From: Antedon mediterranea
Taxonomy: Eukaryota > Animalia > Echinodermata
Direction: 5' to 3'
Assembly: GCF_964355755.1 (NCBI RefSeq)
Contig: NC_092679.1
Coordinates: 16,785,432 to 16,849,431 of the forward strand
Length of the DNA stretch: 64,000 nucleotides
In this document: positions 38,441 through 50,940 of the stretch, one piece after another
How positions within the stretch are numbered: position 1 is the first letter of the stretch
Layout: each line of letters begins with the position of its first letter
Program-made: the position numbers and the translations under genes
Notes under the pieces: generated by a model
What the model saw: the letters and a program-made list of their open reading frames with translations, nothing else
Databases searched by the model: none
Told to the model about the DNA's origin: nothing

Positions 38441-38855
38441 CGCTTATTATAATGCTTACATAGTTTTTATAGGATATTGTGTTTTTTTTTTTATGATTTT
38501 GAATAGTGATAATAGATAACCAAAGTACCTGACATGAAATAATAAACAAAATTTATACAAGGTTAATCGCCACTACCAATATGTAGGCCTACCTAGGTGA
38601 CTGGTAAAGGTGAACAGGATGCACAAATAAAAAATAAACAACAATTAACCTTTGACAAGTGTTATGAATAAAAGAAGCAGCTGAAATAATGAAAATGTCA
38701 TGATGATTATGTCTACGTTGTTTAAATTAATGTGCATTCATCAATATTATGATTATGATTAATTCAAACTGATAATAGGTCATGATATGATTCAAACTGA
38801 TAATAATAGATTATATGATTCAAACTGGTAGATCGTTTTAATAAAACATGTTTAA

Positions 38856-39860
38856 AGGTGTATTGTCCTCCAAAAACATGAAAAATGAAAATTAATTAAA
38901 TCAGACTTTGAATAATGTATGTTTTAGTTTTAATAAAGTTAATCACTTCCATAGAAAAAAAAGACCAAAAAAATAATGTTTTCACTAAATAACATAATAA
39001 ATGGTTAAATGCAACCAAAAATCCATTGGCGGGCAATTTGTGGCTTAAATTACAGTTTTTCAGGTAAATAAATTTTGTTTAGATCAAATTTTTGGCGAAA
39101 GTGGATAACTAAATTATGTGACATTAACACTTTCACCGCCAATTTGACTTTTTATTGCACAATTTGTTAGATCAGGTATATATGGACCGCATGGAGAAAT
39201 TTCAACATCCAAATCGATCTGGACCGTAAATATTTTGATACTTTATTAACCCCTAGTGCCATTGACCCAGCTGGCCTACATCGCGTCCTATCCGTATCCA
39301 ACAACATAATGTGCTTTACTGCAGACGAAGCAATTGCAGAAATATTTGCCGACTCTGACTCTGAAAATGAGTATTTATTATCCCCAGATGATGAAGGTAT
39401 ATTTGTACCTAAATCTGGTTTATAAAATGTAATAAATAATTGGAGATAATTTAGCTAGCCTAGCCTAGGCTAGTTTGTAGAATAGGTTGAGAAACGTGAC
39501 ACTGACAGACAGTGCAGCCAGGCTAAAAACCTCATTATCTCTGCTTTGTTCTCCGATTGAGCCTAAAGTGCTAAAAGTGAGCCAAGTTCTTTGTACAATT
39601 ATGTGGTATTACAGTTTTATTTCAATAAAGTGTTTGGTACCATTGGAAAGTTTATTTCTATCTCATTATTTGAGTGTATATTGCATGTTATTCTGATTAC
39701 AAACACCTTTGCTATGAGCTTTGAAAAACAGGTATATTTATCTAAAATGGCTGGCGGTGAGGGGTACTTCCTTTATTGAATGCCTGGTGGTGAAAGTGTT
39801 AAAATGGCATATTCAACAAAAAATATTTAACAAATTATTTTTTACGGGGACAATACATCT
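38856..39860. mobile_element. Kolobok-like MITE interrupted by piggyBac
   Basis: TTAA|AGGTGTATTGTCC...GGACAATACATCT|TTAA. Confidence 0.8.
39128..39798 (+). mobile_element. piggyBac-like deletion derivative
   Basis: TTAA|CACTTTCACCGCCA...TGGTGGTGAAAGTG|TTAA; retains an acidic transposase-like start FTADEAIAEIFADSDSENE (~39309-39370); the empty site is seen in the paralogous MITE at ~41680-41700. Confidence 0.88.
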
Positions 39861-39977
39861 TTAAATATGCAAATAAAGACAAGAAAAACAAATCGTTTAT
39901 TATAAAGTAATAGTATGAGAAATTATTTGTAAATATAGTGCAACAGTAATGCACACAAATACTTATTATTTTTATAG

Positions 39978-40139
39978 GGCGCAACCATTTTAAACCAGGG
40001 GGAGTGTGTGTACATAGGGCGCATAGTTAAAGGAGGTGCTGCAGATAAAAGTGGACTGCTCCATGAAGGTGATGAAATATTGGAAATAAATGGTCAAGAC
40101 ATCAAGGGGAAATCAGTAAATGAAATTTGTGAATATATG
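39978..40139 (+). CDS. MPP5: MAGUK exon 9, canonical Crumbs-binding PDZ
   Basis: [39 protein letters not shown]...; GTGAGT donor. Confidence 0.95.
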
Positions 40140-40147
40140 GTGAGTTA

Positions 40148-40331
40148 CTGCCCGACAACTCCCAGTTCACTCAGCTGTAAAATGAGTACCTGGTTGAAAA
40201 TACTAGGGAGAAAAAAGGCGGCATGGAAAGGAACTGGCCACCCTACCACATAATGCCGAGGCTTAGTACAATGAGCTCCTAACAGCTCATTCCCCTACGT
40301 TCAGAGAACACGGGACTCACCTCACCTCCTC
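40148..40331 (+). mobile_element. 5'-truncated SINE/LINE-tail insertion with 11-bp TSD
   Basis: CACTCAGCTGTAAAATGAGTACC core, (CTCAC)n tail; ATGGTGAGTTA at 40137-40147 and 40332-40342. Confidence 0.75.
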
Positions 40332-40643
40332 ATGGTGAGTTAATTTGGTCTGTATGTAAATCTTGTTTATGCTGAAAAAACTCATGAAATAATTCTGGTA
40401 CATTTTTTTTATTGCAATGCTAAATAGCTTTTATTTATTGAGTTTTGTGTTTATTATACCTTTATTGAATTAAAATATGTTAATGTAGAATTTGTTATTG
40501 TTTTGCAAAAGACTTGTAGGCTGGGTGACTGCGACAAATTAGGAAGGAGTTAAAAAGCTTTATTTCCAGTCCTGTTTTAATTATTTTGTATTTTATCTAT
40601 ATTCTCTATATTATGTAATTTTTAAATTAAAATAATTTTCTAG

Positions 40644-40718
40644 GGTTCGTTATCTGGAACGTTAACTTTCTTACTAATTCCATCGAGAGACTCAAAACCA
40701 CAAGTTGGAGAAAATGTT
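40644..40718 (+). CDS. MPP5: MAGUK exon 10, PDZ end
   Basis: GSLSGTLTFLLIPSRDSKPQVGENV; GTAAGT donor. Confidence 0.92.
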
Positions 40719-41394
40719 GTAAGTATAATCATTTTAATTTCAGTCCTTAGATGGTACTTATTAAACTGTTTAAATCAGGGCAGACCAATAAGAAGAAAAA
40801 ATAAATCAATAGTAGGATGAATTCCAAAAGGTTAACCATTAATATAATATAATAGGTTTAAATTATGATGGATGAAAATAAACTTTTGACGTTGAAGTTC
40901 GGCTAGAAAAACTAGATCCGTGTGGAACTATTTACAGGTTTTGCATTTTCTAAATTTGACTTATTTCAAAATTTAGGTCGTAACTCACAATAGAACATTT
41001 ACGCATCAATAAAGATGGAATTTTTTTTTAATGCTAGATAATATAAAGGTTTTTTTGTAAACATTTTAAATGTATATAATTCTCAATCTCTGAAAATGGT
41101 GTTTACACCCCTTTGTCTAAAATGGTATGATCCAAATGTCAATTTGTTTTCTAGTTCTAAGTTTGTTTTGTTTCATTAAATAGGATGTATCTGATTCATA
41201 TCACACGGTATTAATAATTGTACTATTACAGTGTTTACATTATTGCAATATCTAAAGTATACAAAATACTTGATTGTTAAAGATATTGTGCACAATCCAA
41301 CTATAAAAGCAATAATTAATACAATTAATAATAGTAATATAATACATACTCTACACACAAAAAAATACCCAAAACAAACAACAATGATTTTTAA

Positions 41395-41736
41395 ATTTAA
41401 CCAAAAACCCATGAACTCATGTTTACCAATTTTTTAAAAATTTATTTATTAAATCAGACTTTGAATAGGCCATTTATAGTTTTAATAAAGTTAATCACTT
41501 CCATAGAAAAAAAAATGGAAAAAAAAATGTTTTAACTTATAAAATAATATTAATGATTAAATTCAACCAAAGATCCATTGACTGAGAGCAAATTTGACTT
41601 TTTTTTGCTTTAAATTAGTTTTTTCAGGTAAATAAATTTTGTTTAGATCCAATATTTGGTCAAAATGGATAACTATTATGTGACATTAAAATGGCATATT
41701 CAACAACGAAAAATTATGTGTTAGGGGGACAATAAT
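41395..41736. mobile_element. Kolobok-like MITE, uninterrupted copy
   Basis: Colinear with 38856-39127 plus 39803-39860. Confidence 0.65.
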
Positions 41737-42664
41737 CTTAAACAATCTTAATCAATAATCGATTTGATTTAGGTATTTTTGCAGTTACCACAGGTTTAAA
41801 AATCATGGAACTTAAATTATATTTGACACAATTTTCTTCATACCATAAACTATAGTATTACTCATTCAATCAATAATTCATAATGATTAATCCGTTTGTT
41901 TAGGCAGACCATAAATCATTGTTTAAACTGTTAGTGTGTAAACAGATTTTGTGAATGCTATAGTTGTTAGACTTGTGATTAATTATTAGAATGTATTTTG
42001 GGTGTTTTTATTTATGTCTTTATATGCACTTGTATTATAGATTTTATTGTTGTTACTAGAGTCATAGAGATCTCTATGCTAGAGTATACATGTATAAGTA
42101 ATGACATCATGCTACCATTTTTGTCGTTATGGCTGAGTGATTTTCATTATTGTCTTGTAATAATAATAATTTATTAGGAAATGACACCTTTGCATCGGTG
42201 GCACACACAGAAGTGGTGCATCCAATTTAACATAATACATCAAAACAATACATTATATGATGGATACAGGTTCTTAAACTATTTCAAAAATATAAAAGAA
42301 AAATCATTATCAACATGGTAATACAGGTACTGTATTAAATTGTCCTACAGTATCATAATTTTGAGTTGATAATTTAAAAAGGTATATAAAAATAAACATA
42401 AAATATAGTAAAGAGTTTACATAACAAACCATTGTGTTTCAACATCAGGTACTGAAGACCTATAGTTGTTATCACAGGTGTCTTGGTTTGTGTAATACTG
42501 TACCTTTTCAAGAATACAGCAGACATATTTTAAAATTGAATACAGACAGAAAACTGACCATAATATAATTCTCAATTCCCTTAACCCAGAATTCCTTCAA
42601 AATCCACATTATTTTCTGTATAAAATCCAGACTTTCAATTGTCTTGAAAATCAACAGTTTCTAA

Positions 42665-42823
42665 AGCTCTGTCGACACTATCACACTTTCTGTGACAAAA
42701 AATGTTATTTACCCATATATGGAAATGATGATGTCATATCACTACCATATTTAGGCATATCACCACCATATATGGGCACATCACACTTTTTTGTCAAACT
42801 AGTTTGATTTTGTAGACAGAGCT
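42665..42823. mobile_element. Harbinger-like MITE family A
   Basis: TAA|AGCTCTGTCGACAC...GTAGACAGAGCT. Confidence 0.75.
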
Positions 42824-43212
42824 TATATTAATAAGACACTTTATTATCTTCAACAATCCAATGAAATTACAAGCGCTTGTAATCAAATATACATAAAAAT
42901 AAAATACAATCTGTTTACCTATAGAACATATGAACGATTATAGTCCCAAGTGGCCTGGGTATACATTCGAGGAAAGTAGAGGCATGATTATTGTAAAATT
43001 GGATTGCATTAAAAATAAAATGTACAAAATTCTTGTGTCCGAAAATAGTCTAGTGGTGGGATTATCTTTGAGCATGGGATTATAATCGGTCGTTATTAGG
43101 TATATTGAAGTTGTATATTTTTAAAATTTGCATGGAGTACTAAATTTGGAAATCCCTAAATTGTCATATATGTTATAGCTGATTGTCAAACTTTTTATTT
43201 CTTTATTTAAAG

Positions 43213-43412
43213 GTACATGTGAGAGCCCATTTTAATTATGATCCTGAGGATGATGAGTACATTCCTTGTCGAGAGCTAGGCCTATCATTTCAAAAGGGAG
43301 ATATTTTACATGTTATCAACCAGGATGATAATAGCTGGTGGCAGGCTTACAGAGACGGTGAAGAAGATCAAATATTAGCTGGCCTTATACCCAGTAGATC
43401 ATTTACACAGCA
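43213..43412 (+). CDS. MPP5: MAGUK exon 11, SH3
   Basis: [61 protein letters not shown]. Confidence 0.97.
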
Positions 43413-43444
43413 GTAAGTTATCTGTCTGTAATGTTCACTTGTTA

Positions 43445-43608
43445 ATCTCTGTCTACACTATCAAACTAGTTTGACAATAAAAGTGCGATGTGCCATATAT
43501 ACTAGAAATAGATATTCCCATATATGGTAGTGATATGACATCATCATGTCCATATATAGGCACATCACATTTTTTTGTCGCATAAAGATTGATAGTGTAG
43601 ACAGAGCT
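43445..43608. mobile_element. Harbinger-like MITE family A (opposite orientation)
   Basis: CTCTGTCTACACTATCAAACT...GATAGTGTAGACAGAGCT|TTA. Confidence 0.75.
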
Positions 43609-44791
43609 TTATAATATAATCATTATGTATTATATAGTAGACCCCTCTTTGGGATACCTCTATTAAGGGGACACAAACCTCTGAAAGAAAAGAGTAGAAA
43701 AATATGTTTGAATATGACAGTCAACACCAATTCAGGGACACTCCTAATATAGGGACACTTTCCTGTGAAACAAAGGGGAAATATTATTATTAGTAACACA
43801 CGGCAAACCTCATTCAGTTGACACTTTGTTTAACAGGTTTTACTGTATTGAATTGCTTCCCAATTTAAAGACCTACAAATATTTTTTTTGCTGTTAAGTT
43901 TGAAGATTTAAATGTTAGGATACTGGTACATTGGTCCCTGTTCAGTTTTGCAGAATGAAAAACAAAGAGTGTATATACATTAGCTGTACCATCCAAGGAC
44001 ATGAATCTTTTAGCATAAAAACTTCTCTGCAATTGGCAATGGTCTTATAAAACTAAAGATGCTTTGAAAGCCTCACTTTGATATACAGTATATTAAACCT
44101 ATATGTCTGGAAGAAATCAATAAATTACTATAATACGTGAATGATTGTTTTGGATTTATTAACATTACAATAATCGCAACAATTAGTTTTTTTCATTACA
44201 GTACTTTGTCATTAAAGGTCTTTGACGTCATTACATTTATGTAGTATTGAACGTGTGCAATGATAAACAACTTTATCTTTCATACAAATTTATTGTTAAT
44301 TGCTACTTGCTAATTGATAGATAAATGATACGATTTTCATATAATATAAAATAGTTAATTCAATAAACCTTACTATCGAGTAGTTTTATTGATTTTTATT
44401 ATTAATAATGATGAACAGCTATTTATTCTAAGCTGAAACCAGATGAAATTATTTGTACATTTGTATATATTAATATACTTATATACTTATTACTTATTAT
44501 TAATTATGATTTACTGTATATAATGGATAAATTATGTTATGTGGAACGGTAAACAAGGCAAGGGTTTAAGACTCACTTGCTTCATAGTTCTGAACATAGA
44601 TAGTCCAAATAACTGTTGGCCATTTTGGATTATGGCCGCCATCTTGAAAAATCGGAAACTATGTCGGTGGCTCCTAGGCAAAAATCAATCAGTAGGTCAA
44701 AACAAAGCCTCATGCCAAATTTGGCCCTTTTGTCCGCCGTGTAACAATTAAGTCGCTAAGCCACCTGACTAATAATGTGACCTTGAATTGA

Positions 44792-44959
44792 AGCTCTATC
44801 TACACTATAAAACTTTATGTGACAACAAAAATGTGATTTGCCCATATACTGTATGGACATGATAATGTCATATCACTACCATATTTAGGCATATCACTGC
44901 CATATTTTGATACATCATACTTTTTTTTGTCAAACTAGTTTGATAGTGTAGTCAGAGCT
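44792..44959. mobile_element. Harbinger-like MITE family A
   Basis: Same TIRs; carries a CTGTA insertion at 44847-44853 relative to other copies. Confidence 0.75.
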
Positions 44960-45111
44960 TTAGGGAGAAGCATGTTATCGAAAAGTGTAACGTCAAAGTC
45001 TACAGCCTTATGAGCAATGGTCATTGAAATTGTGCTATACAAATGAAAACGTTATTGTGGACATTTTCTGTAAATATCAGAGCTGTGATTTTTTAAATTT
45101 TGTGTTTACAG

Positions 45112-45236
45112 ACGAGAAGCAATGAAACAAACGTTACAGGATGATCCAGAGCCTCAGAAAAAGCTAATGTGCGGCTGCAAATCAAAAAAGAAGAAAAAGA
45201 AGAAGAAAAAAGTGCTCTATAATGCAAATGAAAATG
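45112..45236 (+). CDS. MPP5: MAGUK exon 12, HOOK
   Basis: [11 protein letters not shown]...[23 protein letters not shown]; phase 2 in, phase 1 out. Confidence 0.93.
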
Positions 45237-48024
45237 GTAACGTTTTTGATTAACATGGAATATAATTATATTATATATAAAAACGGAACTTAACTTAATT
45301 AAAATCGGTTTCGTGCGATGAAAATAAATTAATTAATTTTTAATTTAAAATTAATTCAGGATTATATAACGTGTTATGATTAAAAACTTCAGTAACTATG
45401 CCAGAAAATTTTCAAAATATAAATATGTTTAAAATGTTCACCTTTTTAAACATGTACATTTTAAACATTTTGGAAATTGGAATCCGGAAAATAATTATAT
45501 TATATATGGCTATGGAAAATTCTGGGCTTAATTATAATCAGTTTTTTTCATGTGGGGATAAATAATTAATTAAATAATATTCGAGGATTTAGCTCATGTT
45601 GGTAAAAGCCTTAATGAGATTAACATAAAATAAAATGCCATTAAATTAAGGAAGTTAAAGTTAAAAATGTGAGTTTTTAAAGGTGAAAAATAATTATATT
45701 TTATGTGAGCATTGATAATTAATTCTAAGCTTAATTCTAATATATATATATAAATATATATATAAACAAATCAGGCAAAGAGCATTAATTCTAAACCGCC
45801 CGGTGATATACTGAAATTTAATTAATTAATTTGAAACGATAAAGATGAGGAAATCTGTGTGTAATTGAGGCTTTAGTGCATAATGGTAAAAGCAATGCAC
45901 TTTTCAGTAAAAATAAAATAATTGAAAATTAAGAAAAATACAAGTTAAAAATGCAAGATTTTAAAGCTGCCTCAAAATTAACAATAACAATTAAAGTTTT
46001 CAGACGCATAGAAACAGGAAAAGAAGTCTCATGGAAGACAGAGGCCCAAGAAAAGGACTCTATGAAATATATATAAACTTTATTTCTTCACGAAACTGGT
46101 GTATACTATATATATGTATACCATATAATAATGATACTAGTCTAGTAGGAAGGAGGGGTTACCGTGCACCCCCATGATGTATTTTTTTAATGTACATTTT
46201 TGTAATCCTGAATATATGTAATTAACATTTTTTGATGTTCCCAAGACGAAATATTGTCCCATGGGTTTTTTTTGGGGCCATTTTGGTGGCCATCTTGGAT
46301 TTATCAAAATCATAAATATAGACGATACGTGACAAAGACTGATCATAGAGGTCTGATTTTGGTCTTAAATTGTTCAGAATATGCACATTTCTATGTACTA
46401 TAATGAAAAGTTTTTGTTCAAAATGGCCGTAAATGCCACTTTTGACCTTTGACCTTGTTTTTACATAAGGGTCATATCTTGGTAACCCCTGGTCATAAAG
46501 ATTTTATTTTTGTCTTAAATTGTTCAGAATATCCATATTTATATTCGCTTTAATGGAACATATTTTTGAAATTTGACGGGAAATATCATTTTTGACCTTT
46601 GACATTATTGCATAACGATTTTCGCAATAATTTAGGTTATTTTTGTATTTGACCTATATCTTGACAACGAGTGATCATAGAGGTTTGATTTTGGTCTTAT
46701 ATTGTTCAGAATATGCACTTTCCTATGTACTATAATAAAACATTTTCATGCAAAATGACCGGAAATACGACTTTTGACCTTTGACCTCGTTTTTACATAA
46801 GGGTCATATCTCGGTAACCAATGGTCATAACGATTTTATTTTTGTTTTAAATTGTTCGGAGTATCCATATTTATATTAGCTTTAATGAAACATATTTTTT
46901 AAATTTGATGGAAAATATCACTTTTGACCTTTGACATTATTTCCAACCGAGGGTCATATCTCGGTAACCCCTGGTCATAAAGACTTTATTTTTGTCATTT
47001 TATTTATTTTAATTTTATTTTATGTCTTTAGGCAATGTGGCCAAGGATTACCAATAATGAATTAATCACTGTCCTATCAGATAGGTGGTAATCCCCCTGA
47101 TACATGGGCTATTGTGTGAACCAGTTCACCGGGGTTTATATAAGATTTAATAAAACATATTTTTGAAAGTTGGCAGGAAATACAACTTTTGACCTTTTAC
47201 CTTGTTTCCACCCGAGGGTCATATCTCGGTAATCCCTGGTCATAAAGACTTTATTTTTGTCATAAATTGTTCAGAATATCCATATTTATATAACATTTAA
47301 TGAAATACAACTTTTGACCTTATTTTCACTTGAGGGCCATATCTCGGTAACAATTTTTTTTTGTCTAAGATTGTTCAAAACATACATATTTCTATCCACT
47401 CTAATGACTATTTATTTAAAACAATGATCATAAATGTTACTATCAATTGTCACATTTAACACCTTCCACAGAATTCTCATACAGTAAGAATTTTTTCTGT
47501 TTTAAAGTAAAAATAAATTTAAAAGATGTAAATAAAATAACAACATGCTGAGAAAAAGGGAAAATTACAGACTTTATAAAAAACTTTTGAATATACATGC
47601 TATCCACTGTAATGATGATTTATCCTAAAAAACTGACAATAAATGTCATTTTTTACCTTTGACCCCTATTTAAATATAATTTACATATAATGCGAGAATT
47701 CTTAACAATTCTCAAATTAGAAAAAAGTATCTGATAAATAATTAAAAAAAAGTGTCTGATAACACGTTTCATTACATAATTATTCATAATTAAAGGTGGC
47801 TACAGTACTTTTAGGTCTGCAAACAACTTTTATCCAATAGAATGTGTTTATTGTCCAATTGGAAGAGACAATAACAAAATTAATGTCAACATCTTCATAA
47901 TCTTAATTTATTTTGGAAACAGTACTGATAGACGGCTACAAAAATACATTTTCTAATCAAATTCTATTCTTCATTAAATAATGGAAAATTTAGGGAAAGA
48001 AAAGGGGATAATTGTATTTTACAC

Positions 48025-48425
48025 GTGGATGGTATTCTTGACATAACACTCGATCTGAGGACAGGTACCTTCCACCCATATACACCAAACCAAACAATAC
48101 GCCATTATATGTACATCGTGAAAGTAATCATCGGCCATCAATTACGCAATATACCACTAGCAATAAATAAACGACTCTCAAACATCTCATCCGATGAAAA
48201 TTCGTTTAATGCAGCAATACCTCAGTACCAAGAAGCACTTAGAAATAATGGATATGAACATGAGCTACACCTGAACAAACAACCAAAAAGAAAACCCGAA
48301 ACAGAAACATCATTTGGTTCAATCCTCCGTACAGCAAGAACGTAAAGACCAATATCGGACCCAAATTTTTACATTTAGTGGATGAGTGTTTCTCACAAGG
48401 CCATAATCTCCAAAAGACTTTTAAT
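48025..48425 (+). mobile_element. Penelope-like retroelement fragment (RT thumb/linker)
   Basis: LDITLDL...NIPLAINKRLSNISSDENSFNAAIPQYQEAL then (frameshifted) RNIIWFNPPYSKNVKTNIGPKFLHLVD. Confidence 0.8.
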
Positions 48426-48434
48426 GTTGGCATT

Positions 48435-49135
48435 GATTGCTGGTGGTATCTACAATATCTAAGGTTACGCACGGTATACTTATGGTCAAACTTTAGAGGG
48501 TCTGCCAGGGCCAAGGCAGGGTACAGATAGTTTGTAATAGGTTGGTATTCCTTACAATGTGCTAAATCATATAACATTGGTTGCTGGTGGTATCTACAAT
48601 ATCTAAGCTAGACTAGTTGGAGGAAGAGGGTCTCTAGTCAAAATTTAGAGGGGTCTGCCAGGGCCAAGGCAGTGTACAGATAGTTTGTAATAGAGGTCAT
48701 TTGGTATTCCTTACAATGTGCTAAATCATATAACATTGGTTGCTGGTGGTATCTACAATATCTAAGCTAGGCTAGTTGGGAGAAGGGGGTCGTTAGTCGA
48801 ACTTTAGAGGGGTCTGCCAGGGCCAAGGCAGTGTACAGATAGTCTGTAATAGGTCATTTGGTATTTCTTACAATGTGCTAAATCATATAACATTGGCTGC
48901 TGGTGGTATCTACAATATCCAATCTAGGCCATTTGTGGGAAGGGGGGGGGGTCTCTAGTCGAACTTTAGAGGGGTCTTCTAGGGCCAAGGCAGTGTACAG
49001 ATAGTCTGTAATAGGTCATTTGGTATTTCTTACAATGTGCTAAATCATATAACATTGGCTGCTGGTGGTATCTACAATATCTAATCTAGGCCATTTGTGG
49101 GAAGGGGGGTCTCTAGTCGAACTTTAGGGTGTCTG
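48435..49135. repeat. ~160-bp tandem repeat, ~4.5 units
   Basis: TGCTGGTGGTATCTACAATATC at 48438, 48582, 48741, 48898 and 49060. Confidence 0.92.
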
Positions 49136-49529
49136 GCACTTGCGGTGCAGCAGACAATTAGTCTGTCGTTACCCATTTAGTATTGTATGAACACAACTTG
49201 TTCATTTGGCATTAATTTTGAGTGGTACCTCACTCAGCTATGCTATCACCATTTGTAGGCCCTCCCTCGGGGGGTCTGGTGGGCCTATTGCAGAGGAAAA
49301 AATGTTTGGTGATATGATATTGGTATTAGATGCAAATGGGCATCCCATGGTGGTGAAATTAGGTGGTATCTCTCTCATCTAATTGGTGCCGATTTGTTCG
49401 GTATAGACGCAGCAGGGGGTATCCGGCAGACTTCCATTTACATTGACTTCAAGTGACCTCCAATTAACACACTTAAATAGTCAGATATTGGTACCAGCTC
49501 ATCTAACCATGGAGGTATGCCATTTACTG

Positions 49530-50378
49530 TATAGAAGATGTTCGCAATTGGATGACAACAAATTACCTAAAGTTGAATGATGGAAAGACAGAGTTTATTA
49601 TCGTCGGGTCTAAATGTAACATCTCCAAAATCAACATCACACATATCAGAATCGGAAACTCTAACATCGCTCCCTCATCGGTGGTCCGGAATCTGGGAAT
49701 CATGCTGGATAGTAATCTCACTATGGAAGCACAAATAACAACTGTATCCAAAGCAGCATGCATATCGATTAGGAACCTTGGTCGTATTCGCGGTAATCTT
49801 AACAAGAAAACAGCTGAATTGATTGTACACTCATTTGTCACTTCTAAAATTGACATTGGTAATGCCTTGTTGTTTGGCATACCAAAATCTCAAATACAAC
49901 GTTTGCAGCGCTTGCAAAATATGGCAGCTAGAATTGTAACTTATACAAAATCAAACGCTCACATAACTCCTGTCCTGATGGATTTGCATTGGTTGCCTGT
50001 TCAACAACGTATTAAGTACAAACTTGCGTTGTTTGTATTCAAGATCCTAAATGACAGTGCTCCTGCTTATTTATCTGACCTTGTGGATCGTTACGAATCA
50101 TCCCGCAGAGGCCTACGATCATTGTCAAAAACCTTCTTCAAGAGCGTAGAGCGAAAAATCAGTGGGGTCAGAGATCTTTTTACGTTGCGGCCGCAAGTGT
50201 ATGGAACAGCTTACCAGCAACAGTTAAATGCTCAACTAGTCTAAACAGTTTCAAGACCAACCTAAAGACGTCGCTATTCGCTGATGTTCTCGCACGTTGT
50301 TAATGCACAAAGCGCCATGAGCGCCACATGGGTGGAGGATACCGGCGCTATATAAGTTTTCATTTATTATTATTATTA
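49530..50378 (+). mobile_element. L2/Crack-type LINE, 5'-truncated
   Basis: WMTTNYLKLNDGKTEFI..VRNLGIMLDSNLTM..LQRLQNMAARIV..HITPVLMDLHWLPV; (ATT)n tail. Confidence 0.92.
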
Positions 50379-50415
50379 GTAATACAATAAATACTAAGCG
50401 GTCAGAAGATGCTGC

Positions 50416-50940
50416 TAATCAATCAATCAATCAATCATTCGATTTATATAGCGCCATTCCAACAGTCATTGCTCATGGTGCTACCAAAAATATCAGAAAA
50501 TGTGAGTTTTGAGTAGTGACTTAAATGTGCTCAATAATAATGTTTGTTTAATGTTCAAAGATAGGTGGTTCCAGAACCTACTGTAGGTCCAGCAATACTG
50601 AAAGTCCGATCTCCCCAACTACAGTATGTTTGCGCCTCTGAATGTCCAGTAGCACCTGATGACTAGATCTTAGTTCTCGCTTTCTCTTATTGATTGTCGA
50701 TCATTCTGAAAGGTATTTGAGAGCGTAACTATTTATGAATCGGAGCACCAGCAGGATCTTAAATTGAACACACAACTCCACTCCAAATACGATCGCCTCG
50801 GTCTTTTCATTAAGCTTGAGGAAGTTTAAGCCCATCCATGTCCTAATCTCAGCAGTGCATGCTTCTAAACGTTTTACGGCGGTCAGAATCTCAGTCTGAC
50901 GGGGCTTGACAGAAACATAAATTTGTATATCAAGAAGTTG
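50416..50940 (-). mobile_element. L2-type LINE 3' fragment, internally deleted
   Basis: IRTWMGLNFLKLNEKTE...RELRSS...WGDRTFSIAGPRFWNHL...FKSLLKTHIF*; (TTGA)n tail at 50417-50437. Confidence 0.85.

Noticed and set aside
45170-45215. Poly-Lys run as a novel feature
   Set aside because: A basic HOOK region is a known feature of MPP5-type MAGUKs.
48435-49135. Regularly spaced repeats resembling CRISPR
   Set aside because: Inter-repeat sequences are homologous to each other, so this is a tandem repeat.
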